This document shows positions 50,924-61,362 of a stretch of 64,000 nt of DNA, piece after piece (position 1 is the first letter of the stretch; every line of letters begins with the position of its first letter). The position numbers were made by a program, and so were the translations under genes. The stretch is from Pseudogymnoascus verrucosus (Eukaryota). Below the pieces are notes generated by a model. The model was not told where the DNA came from. It did not search any database and saw nothing but the letters and a program-made list of their open reading frames with translations. The DNA lies in the NCBI GenBank assembly GCA_001662655.1, contig KV460211.1. One strand, 5' to 3'.

Positions 50924-51294
50924 TTTAAGTAGGTTGATGTGACATGAAACCACTAAGCACTCTTCTCCGCTGTTCGCGTCCCTGTAACTCGGATCATGCC
51001 TAGGATCTTGTGCTAGTGTTACTGGTTCCTGCTTCGGGGTGGCGAGAAGTGGTGGTTGCTTGGATGACCCACCCCCCTCCTTTGACCTCACTCCTTACGA
51101 GGTAGACAAATTTTAGGAAATTTTAATCGATGTTTAAGGAATTTTAATTGATTAAGGAAAGTCCGGCAATTTTTGGGCTATACACACGCGTTTGAGACAT
51201 GGTAGAAAAACATTAGTTTTTTGCGCTCCTACTAGCTGTCTATTCGACGGTTCATGGGATAGACAACTGCTCTCTACCTACGAGCCCCTGATAG

Positions 51295-52259
51295 CTATGT
51301 AGACTTGAAGAAATTTCTCATGTCAACATTCTTGTCAAAAACTCCCACCGCTGCAGCAGATCGACTCTTTGTGGCTACGTCTTTGATCCGTTGGTTGACT
51401 TCTCCAACAACACTCTCCGGCATTCCTACCAAAACCTTTGAATCATCGGAAGTTATGACGTTACTGATATCCTGACGGGTCCGTTTAGGCTGCACTTGTG
51501 AGAAGATGACTACAGAGGAAACTTCGTCAGCCTCCAATAGGCCTTTCTGCTTCTCGACCTCTTGTGTGGCTAGGGCTCGCTGAGCACCGCCATCTTCTTC
51601 GTCCTCTAGCTCCTCCTGCAGATCTTGCATACGTCTTTGTGCTTCATCCTGCTGCTTCTTAGCGAGATCTATATGTTCTTGGATCTGTGTCTCGAGAGCC
51701 TGCAATTGGGTCTTTAGTTTCTTGCGATCAGTCCCTGACGTTCGTTCAGAGCGGAGTTGAACGATTCTTTCCAGGGCGTCAGCATGCATTCGTGATCATG
51801 ATGTCAAGGGCTCACCTACAACTGGGTACTTGTAATTGCAAACTGAACTGTGTCCTGGCAAGACTGAACCTGCATTCTAAAAGTCCGGATTTTCTCCTTG
51901 TTCCAAACGCCGACTGAAAATCGGTCTCTAAGTGAGATTTTTGTACTGGTAGAATGTTTCGTCCACCGCTTTAGATTGTCTGCAAAGTCGGCACATGCCT
52001 GCCCACAGTTGTTAACAGCTTCGACGATACCGGTTTTCTCCAGATCCACTTTCGCTGCGACATAAATCGTGGGGTCTGAAATGGTGAGTTTTTCCAGAGC
52101 TGCCAACGGGCGCTGTACGCCTTCTAAGGTCAAGGCAATATCTCGTGCGACTTCTTCAGCCTCGGCAAGATCGTTAATATTATCATAGAGTTGGGCAATG
52201 CTGGACATAGCAAACTGTGTGATGCCTATGGCGCCTGCGGTGATGCTGAGGGGATCCAT
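51295..52259 (-). CDS. HeLo-like cell-death effector (303 aa) with C-terminal two-repeat HET-s-related amyloid motif; exons 51820-52259 and 51295-51766
   Basis: N-terminal MDPLSITAGAIGITQFA hydrophobic helix typical of HeLo-like domains; GTAGGT..GCTGAC..AAG intron gives STQL|IVQLR; coiled coil; R1 QDISNVITSDDSKVLVGMP, R2 QRIKDVATKSRSAAAVGVF, aromatic tail MRNFFKST. Confidence 0.85.
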
Positions 52260-52674
52260 AAGCTCTGCACTTCGGATTTATTCTAAGATTTGGTAAATGA
52301 CTGCCATATAGAACCAGAGGAACGGCTACAGAGGAGGCAGGATATTCGTTTGATAGATGACTATTTACGAATGAATTCTGAGGAAACAAGAAAAAGATGA
52401 CCGTTGGGGGACAGCAATGAACTTTATTTGGCCTCCCCCCAGCTAAAGGCAACACTGCGGGGTTGTAGCGAATCATCGTGTCTAACTTACTGTAGCTGGA
52501 AAATGAGCCTAACGAGGCATTTTCTTTCAACTGAGACCCAGCTTGAATTGATAATGATACAGTCTTTGCCAAACATTCCTGGAGATCTTGATACACTATT
52601 AGCGTGACGGCACTACAAGGACTGACTCTCGCACGACTAGCAAAGGCGGGGCTGTTATCGTCGCGCCAAAGCCG

Positions 52675-55600
52675 ATGGCAGGCATCACTCAAGACATTAG
52701 CAGCGTATTCATCGACCACCATTCACGGGGCGCTGTGGGTACCTTTCACGCACCAGTGTATTTTGGGAACAAAGAAAGTGAGTAAATGTAGTTTTACGCA
52801 AATGACAAGGCTAACCAGTAGTTTAGACTTTTATGATGTGCTCAACACCCTTCCTAATGCCGTGAACGCGCGATTCAACGCATATCAGCGACAACATGAC
52901 CCGACCTGTCTCCCCAATACCCGCGTCGACCTTCTTCAAGATATATACAGCTGGGCTGACGGCCAAGATGAGCGATATATCTTCTGGCTAAACGGTCTGG
53001 CCGGCACGGGGAAGTCGACAATTGCGCGTACCGTGGCCCGTAGATACCACGAGCAGAAGCGCCTCGGAGCCAGCTTCTTCTTCTCGCGAGGCGGTGGAGA
53101 TGTGGGCCACGCAGGCATCTTCGTCACAAGCATTGCGTTGCAGCTGGCGAGCAGCGTGCCCTCTCTCGACCAGTACATTTGCGATGCAATCAAAGAGCGG
53201 CGCGACATCGCGAGCCAGTCTCTCCGCGATCAGTGGCAGCAACTCGTCGTACGTCCCCTGTCGAAGCTTAGCGGAAGTGGAAGTGGTGGCCCGTTCCCAT
53301 ACATTCTCGTGGTTGATGCGCTCGATGAGTGCGACAATGACAAGGACATTCGCACCATCGTTAACCTCTTGACTGAAGCTCGATCGCTCAACGCCGCGTG
53401 TTTGCGGGTCTGTCTAACGAGCCGATCTGAGGTTCCAATTCGAAACGGATTTGGTGAAGTGCCAGACGTTGAGCACCGGGACTTTGTACTTCACACCATA
53501 TCGCCACAGATCGTAGACCGCGATATCTCTCTTTTCCTACAGCACAACCTCAAGCTCATCGGAAAGGAACAATCTCTAGGCATCGACTGGCCCGGCGCAA
53601 AAGTTATCGAACAATTTGTTCAGATCGCCGGAAGTTTGTTCATTTGGGCAGCAACAGCATGTCGATACATTCAAGATGGCCTATGCGCAGGCGAGAATCT
53701 GCAAATTTTGCTAGGAGGCAGCACATGTACCACTGCACCAGAAGAGCACCTGAATGAGCTCTATACTACTGTACTCAGAAGGTCTGTTCATCAGCATTAC
53801 TCAGTAATAGAGAAGAAAGCACTATACAGCATGCTACAGCGCATTCTTGGGAGCATTGTTGTTCTCTTCTCCCCGCTCACTGCCAGTTCGCTTCGCAGGC
53901 TACTTGATATCGATAAAGACAAGATTAACCAGGCGTTAAAGGATCTTCATGCAATTCTGGATATCCCTAGGGACGATGCTCACCCACTTTGCCTGCATCA
54001 TCCTTCATTTCGCGACTTCCTGCTCGACCCTAAAAGATGCGCAGATAAAGATTTCTGGGTGGACGAGGAGCAAGCGCATCAAATCTTAGCCGACAGATGT
54101 ATACAGCTCATGTCGATATCGCTCAAGCAAGACATCTGTGGTGTAGGTGATCCCGGCATACTTGTAGCCGATGTCGAGAGAAGTTTCATTAAGCAAGGTG
54201 TTTCTCCCGAAGTTCAGTACGCCTGTTGCTACTGGATGGATCATGTTCAGAAGAGCGGCACTCAACTCCGCGACAACGATCAAGTACATGTTTTCTTGCA
54301 AGAGCATCTTCTTCACTGGCTGGAGGCTCTTGGATGGATAGGAAAAATCTCAGATGGTGTTCATGCCATGGCATCTTTAGAGTCATTTGTTTCAGTCAGT
54401 AATATATGCTACAACTTAGGGAAAGGTCTCGCTAACAGTGTAGATAGACTAGTGAATGCCCAGGACTCTGGAGCTTCGTTCACGATGCGAAGCGGTTCGT
54501 GCTGTATAATCGAGTAGGGATCGAGCAGTCTCCGCTCCAGACGTACGGTAGTGCACTTGTATTCGCACCAGCATCGAGCATAGTAAGAAAGAATTTCGAG
54601 TATTGCATACCTAAATGGATACAAAAGCTTCCAAGAGTAGAGAATGAATGGAATACCTTGCTGCAGGTGCTTGAAGGCCACATGCAGTCCGTCAACGCCG
54701 TGACTTTCTCGCCGGACGGCAAGATGATCGCGTCGGCATCGGACGACAAGACCGTCAAGTTGTGGGACCCTGCTTCGGGCGCGCTGCTGCAGACGCTCGT
54801 GGGCCATTCGGCCTCAGTCCACGAATGTACGTTCTTACCCAACTCCAAGAGCCTGATATCGATATCGCTAGATGGGGAGGTCAACGTCTGGAATAGTGGC
54901 ACAGGAGATTTGCTCCTTAAGCTTAGTGATTCGACAGCAGTCAACTCCGCCGTTTCTCATAACAAGGAAGTGGTACCGCTGTCTGGTACCTTGCAAAAAC
55001 CAGCAATTGTACAGCACGTGAGCTTTTCTAGCACAGTTTATGCCAACTTAATATCACCTAACGGCAAGCTGCGTGCGTCATGGTCAAACAGAAACGTCAC
55101 GCTACGGGATACCAACTCGGGAGCAGAAATTTGCACGCTTAATCAGAGCCCCTTTTTTCCAGTTAAGGCTATAGGCTTCTCGCAGGACAACAAGATGCTA
55201 GCGCTAGTGTCTAGCAACGAAGTCACGCTATGGGATACTAAATTGGGAGCAGAAATTTGCACGCTTAATCCGACCCTTTGGGACCCAGTTAAGACTATAA
55301 GCTTCTTGTGGGACAACAAGATGCTAGTGTTATTGTCAAACAGAGAAGTTACACTATGGGATACTGAATCAGGAACACAGCGTTGTATGCTTAAGGACCT
55401 TTGCTGCGAACTAGTTGAGGCTATAGGCTTCTCGCAGGACAGCAAGATGCTAGTGTTAGTGTCAAGTAGAGAAGTTACGCTATGGGATACGGAATCAGGA
55501 GCGCGACTTTGCAGGCTTAGGGACCTTTTCAACCTAGTTGAGGCTATAGGCTTCTTGCAGGACAGCAAAATGCTAGTGTTAGTGTTAAACAGAGAAGTTA

Positions 55601-57063
55601 TGCTATGGGATATCAAATTAGGAGCAGAACTCTGCAGGCTTAAGGACCTTCAGTACCTAGTCGAGGCTATGGTCTTGTCACAGGACAGTAAAATGGTAGC
55701 GTTGGTGTCAAACAGAGAAGTTACTCTATGGGATACCAACTTAGGAGCAGAACTTTGCAGGCTTAAGGGCGTTCAGGGCCTAGTTAAGGCTATAGCATTC
55801 TCACAGGACAACAAAATAGTAGCATTAGTGTTTGACAGAGAAGTCACGCTACAGTATACCAACTCAGGAGCAGAAGTTCGCAGGCTCAGGGGCGTTCAGG
55901 GCCCAGTCAAGGCTATGGGCTTCTCGCACGACAGAAAAATGCTAGCGTTGGCTTCTAGTACGACGGTTATACTGTGGGAGATTAGCACAGGAAAGGTAAT
56001 TCAGACATTTGAACGCTATGCAGGGGTAAAGTTTGCCAAAGCTACTTCTTTAGACGGCAAGCTACGAGCAGAGGTATCGGGCTCTAGGGTAGTCAGGCTC
56101 CGGAATGATGTTTCGGGAGAGGGATTTCGATCGCTTGAAGGCCATTCTAATCAGATTATAGCCCTTGACTTCTCTCCAGATACCAAGTTGCTGGCATCGG
56201 CATCGAGGGACAGAACGGTCAGGCTATGGGACACCGGCATAAAGCCAGCTCTCCCTTCACTTGATGCACACTGGGATTACGTCACTGCGTTGACTTTCTC
56301 GCCAGATGGCAAGTTTTTGGCGTCCGCAGCGAATGACTGCAGAGCGAAGGTGTGGGACACTGACAAAATAGCACTACTCAGAAATTTTACCGTTCATTTG
56401 GGTCACGTTAATAACATGATCTTCTCGCCAGATAGTAAGCTGCTGGCGTTAGCATCGACTGACGGTACAATCTCTCTACGAAAGGCCGCTGAGGGAACAG
56501 TTGTTGAGACTCTAAAAGGCCATTCAACATGCATCATTGCAATGGCTTTCTCACCAGATGGTAAGAGACTGGCGTCGGCATCAGGCGATAAAGCAGTTAA
56601 GCTGTGGGATGCAGCAATGGGAAAGGAGCTTAAGACGCTCCAGGATCCTTCGGACCGGGTCAACGCCGTTGGCACCGTTGGCTTCTCACCGGACGGCAAG
56701 ACGGTCGCGTTGGCATCGAGCAACAAGACCGTCAAGCTGTGGGACACCGCCTCGGGCGTCCTGCTACAGACGCTCAAGGGCTATTCTGGCCCCATCAATG
56801 CTGTGGCCTTTTTGCCAGACGACAAGATACTCCACACGAACAGAGAAACCCTACTTATTTCCTTATCTTCTTCTGGCACGTCTGAAGCCCAAACACTGCC
56901 TCCGCCTTCCATTTCCATCGAAGGACATTGGGTGCTTCGCCGTACCAAACGGATCCTTTGGCTTCCTCCCGACCATCGACCAAGGGTCACCACTATTCAT
57001 GGAAGCACCATTGGTTTTGGGTACACATCTGGGAGAGTTGCAATAATTAAGTTGGCTCCATGA
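52675..57063 (+). CDS. NACHT-WD40 NLR (HET-E/NWD-like, 1428 aa) with N-terminal single amyloid motif; exons 52675-52777, 52827-54394, 54448-57063
   Basis: Exon 1 MAGITQDISSVFIDHHSRGAVGTFHAPVYFGNKE; introns GTGAGT..GCTAAC..TAG and GTCAGT..GCTAAC..TAG keep frame; TCLPNTRVDLL, Walker A GLAGTGKS, Walker B VVDALDEC, LHHPSFRDFL, HDAKRF, WD40 repeats. Confidence 0.9.
55087..55980 (+). repeat. Seven tandem 120-123 bp atypical WD repeat units within the NLR
   Basis: Recurring V(K/E)AIGFSQD(N/S)KML.LVS.REVTLWDT..GA..C.L units with obvious nucleotide-level similarity. Confidence 0.9.
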
Positions 57064-57624
57064 AACTATTTCGTTAGCCTCCTACTACAACGACATTTCG
57101 CTGATTTTACTCAAGATCTCGACCGCGATGTCGATCTTTCCTCTGGTGTTGACTCTACTATCCCTATTATAGCCTTCTGCGAATGTCAAATTGACATGTC
57201 TATGAGAAGTCCGAATGTTGTTAGTTTTATAGATATAGTTCCTTCTTCAAGTCTCTAAATCACGTGAACTTCACTACAGTTACCCGCTTTAGCTTTTTGT
57301 GGTTCCAATGTAGTACCTCTACACCATTAGGGCTCAGATTGAGTGGCTCACATATGGCGGACCATGAAATAATAGAGCAGAGTACCTAAAAGAGGCACGC
57401 AAGCTCAGACGGCTAAGCTAAGACGGCCAAAGTTCGGTGTTGATACGAAATTGACCTGAAATTGACGGCAAACCTACACCAAAATGTTGCTTCGCCTCAC
57501 TCACCCTGCTTACCCTGCTCACCCCTGGCCTCACCCTTTAGGTGGCAAGGGGCAGCGATTCTACGCTATGCCTATTGGCACGATTGAGACTATTAGCCAG
57601 AGGATACGCAAGCTTGTGTATGGC

Positions 57625-57671
57625 AGAGCGGACGGGATGCCCAATTCTCTTGAGTCTATGGTCGTATGTGA
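57625..57671 (+). repeat. 47-bp direct repeat, right copy
   Basis: agagcggacgggatgcccaattctcttgagtctatggtcgtatgtga, 45/47 identical to 50857-50903. Confidence 0.9.
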
Positions 57672-58647
57672 TTGTTATGCGTGTGTCGGGGACTAAATAC
57701 TGATGTTCTGTGTGTGGAGGTAGGGCCGCACAGATTCTAGACCGATCGGATCGGTTATCAGAACCCGATCTCTGCATCGGATCTGCATGCATATCGGATC
57801 ACAAACCTATTTTCGTAAGGCAGGTTGTCACTTGGCTCTCATGTAACATGGTTAGCCAAATAATGTTGAGATCAGATGCAAGCCACGTCAGCACTACATA
57901 GCGATAATTTGCTCAGATTAATTAATATGTTACCTTGGGAGGAAATAACCTGGCAAGCGTCCTGAAATTCTCCGTCTTCTTGTTTCACGGTTCGGAGATT
58001 TTACAATGCCCCCTATAGGTAGTCTCAGACTAAATGCCTATCATGCATAGGTGAGTTCTTGGCTCTCAACTCGGCTGGACGACCCATGTGATACTGATTC
58101 CGCCATAACCATCAACGAGATGGCCAGCTTTTTCCAAGACAAAAACCTTCACTATCTCCTCAACAGCGACAAATTAAAGCAGATCATCACCACCTTTCGC
58201 CACAGAGTCGACGCCAAAGAAATCCTCCTTGGCGGAAGCATCCCCCCGTCATGCAAAGAGACGAACGTTCTCACACAGCGATATGATCCCCTTAGCAAGC
58301 AAGAGGAAGGGGACGGGGTTGAGTGCGATTACAGGCTTGAAGGAGGGGAGTAGGGTGCTGGTTGGAGAGCCGCAGGGAGCGGTAGAGGAACAGTAAGTCA
58401 AGCAAGCAATACCAATTTGAGTAATTTCGGATAAAACGATGAATTGAAATCTGTTCCAATTCACAAAAAATAAGACAGCCATGATGATGCTACAGCTAAT
58501 AAGCTAGTTACTCAGCTAATACCCACCCTTCATGGTCTCCAACGCGGCCTGGAGTCGTCATGGGCCCTAGTCTGGGCCGCAGCCGCCGCCCTTCTCCCAC
58601 TCGCGCTGACGACCCTGCTAAATGCAAAATGAATACTGTTTTTATAG

Positions 58648-59857
58648 TCATTGCAGTTTAAGCCTAAACATGTCTGCTTTATATTTAGGGGTTAACAAGC
58701 TAGCTATATCAGCATCTGCTCCTTCATGCCCAGCTTTAATAAACCCTGCCTTAAATGGCAGCATCACGTCGTTTTCATTGTGACGAAGATGGCTTCTATA
58801 TTTGCTGTCTAGTAGATTCCAGCCTTCACCCAAGTCTAACCAACGCGTCAGTATTAACGCTACACCATGTTCAAAAGTTCATGGCGTCAATCTGGAACTC
58901 CGTAGGGCAGTCCATGCATTGGAAAAGGCCTGAGCAATTTAGGCATCCGGAATTGAGCTGTGCATTATCCCAGTGGCTTGCACGACAGGACATTTTTGTT
59001 CTAAGCTCCATCGAATGTGGCGTTATGAAATACCAATGAGAACAAACACATGCGTATGTCCTATCAGGGACCTCTATCTTCCTCCCAACTGGGAAGAGAA
59101 GCCAGGTTTGGTGCCGTAGCAAGAAATGACCATTTGCAATCCGCGGGGCGAACTTTTTGTGAAATATATGCTGAACGTCGGAAGCTCTGCGAAAGGGAAT
59201 CGAGCGGAATCCGGATAGTGAAGAGAGCTGGTCGTCGCAATTAAGGCCGCTATGGTGAAGCTTCATAGCTAAGAGAAATGCAACAGAGTTGAATTTTTCG
59301 TGGATATACCAAGTAACAGATGACGCACGATCTGCTAACGTACACCGCATCGGCTTGCTCTGTAATCTCAAGTATTCTAGCTGGGGCCGACTATGGAGTA
59401 CCTCGCACTCGAGGCATAATATGTGCCTTGGCAGATCTCTCTGCAGGAGATCTAAGAAAACAGCTCTGTCAACCCCATCAGCCACCCGAAGCTGATCGAG
59501 GTATTGGCTCCCTAGGATAAACCAGATTGGCCGGCAGGTGAGAGTAAATGAAGCGGCGGCTGAGAGGGGAAGAAATTCGGCTATAGACCCAATGAGCTCT
59601 GCTGGTAGTCGATTGAAAGGTGAGTTCTCAAGACTGCTTGGCTGAGATTGCGATTCAACAGTATCTGGTGATGGGGATATTGTGTGGGCGTGCGAGGAGG
59701 ATCTTCTCCGAATGAACGAGAGGTATTTCAATAGCCCTATCGGATGCTTGAAGAGCTCCATTTTGATAACACTTGATTTAGTCGAGTGCAGAATATGTGG
59801 CCGTGAGAAAGGATGGGCGAGGGTTAAGATTTCATGGGACAACGATCCTTGAACCAT
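58648..59857 (-). pseudogene. F-box protein gene (right paralog) with apparent frameshift near 58873
   Basis: SPFNRLPAELIGSIAEFLPLSAAASFTLTCR..CMDCPTEFQIDAMNF stop. The shifted frame continues EHGVALILTRWLDLGEGWNLLDSKYRSHL to 58648. Confidence 0.7.
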
Positions 59858-61362
59858 GTAGATATTTATATATTTGCGATTTGAGAATGGGGGGGATAAG
59901 TAATAGTTGCAGTAATTAGTTTAACTAGATTTTTAAGAGTCATCTTTCGATGAGGCTATTTTGGTTTTATCACACCACTCTAGAAACATAGCGTCCCTAG
60001 CTTGCAGTATACACCCTTCTCTGGTGGCCCAACCTTTTGGCTCTTAAATATAGTAAGTAAATTATATAGACGAAGATAAAATAAATTGCAAGGCATGACA
60101 TAAGGAAGGATTGGCGGTGGGAGAGAGTAGTGTAATTAAAAAAAACTTGTATAAATGAGAAAACCATAACAAATTACGTACCTCTGCACCTACCAACCCA
60201 ACCCATCTCTATAAACACTAAACACCCCTCAACAGGACATAAAATGTAGTATACGCATATAGCATGGTAAATATGTGCGTACTTCCCATGCTCGTGCTCT
60301 AAAGGGGGTTCGTACGAATGAGGTATCATACTGTAGTAGTCCTAAACTACACAACGCCAACACCAGGATATACCGCCATTTCTCGCCAGTACATCCACAG
60401 TTAGCGACATATACATCAATACACACATCATAGTACTCATATATCTCAGGCAGAATCCACAGTTCATTCCATCCTGTCAAATTTACACTACCCTCCCCTC
60501 CCACCATCATCATGCCCTCCCTCAATAGTCCAGCCATATCAGAGTCCAGTCCCCTTTCCCTCATGCAACCCCAAACCCAAAGCCAAGCCCAACAGCCAGC
60601 TTCACCACCGGCCCTCAGCCAAATATGTATGCAGCCTATCCATGCAAAAGTAATCCATCCCGGCTGCCTTTCTAACAGCCCCCCCCAAATCCCAAACCCA
60701 ATCCCGATCCCAATTCCCAAATTCCCATAATCCCGGTATTTCCCAGTATTCCCAAATTCCCCATGGTGGGAGGAGCAAATCCCTGTCTCCATCCCCCAAA
60801 TATCCGTTTGTAATTCGCCAGATAAACATCAAAAACAGAAGCAGAAGACAAAAGAAAAAAACAGAACAAACGATTTCGATCAGATGCCAGATCATGGACA
60901 AGACAAAAAAGGAAATTGGTATGTCGTTAAGAGGTGCGGTCGTTGGGGACACACAATGCAGACCTGCTGCGAAAGCGCCAGGGAGTGTATATATGTGGGG
61001 GGTTTCCTGCCCCCCAGTTCTCCTCCCGTTTGAAACCGGTAAAAAATGGGTAAATAAAAACTCATAGCTATAGGGGTATGTCTCGGTGTGCTCAAAAACA
61101 AAAAGGACGAAATATGTGCAAGGTTTTGCCCAGATGGGCGGTGTGTGTGGTTTGTGGTATCGTATCATCGAGATAGTATAGTGGTATAGTGTAGTTTGTG
61201 AGTGTGGTTGATCTCGTTGTTGCTTTGAGAGAGTAGTAGTTGATGTGTAATTTGAGGTTGAGCGGGTATTATGATGATCAGATAAGTGATGTGTTGTCGA
61301 AACAAGCCCCGAAAGGGGTGGTATAATACAAGTAAACAAGACGTCCTCCACGGCGTGCGCGT

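Noticed and set aside
52604..52826. ORF-track N-terminus of the NACHT protein (MTALQGLTLARL..)
   Set aside because: GTG start reading through an intron; the ATG 52675 exon in another frame has canonical splice signals and the amyloid motif.
57484..58353. Short ORFs right of the NLR as transposase or recombinase
   Set aside because: No DDE, tyrosine-recombinase or RT motifs visible; probably gene remnants.
60229..61351. ORFs of 187 and 249 aa downstream of PLC1
   Set aside because: Low-complexity 3' UTR or intergenic sequence with no protein-like features.
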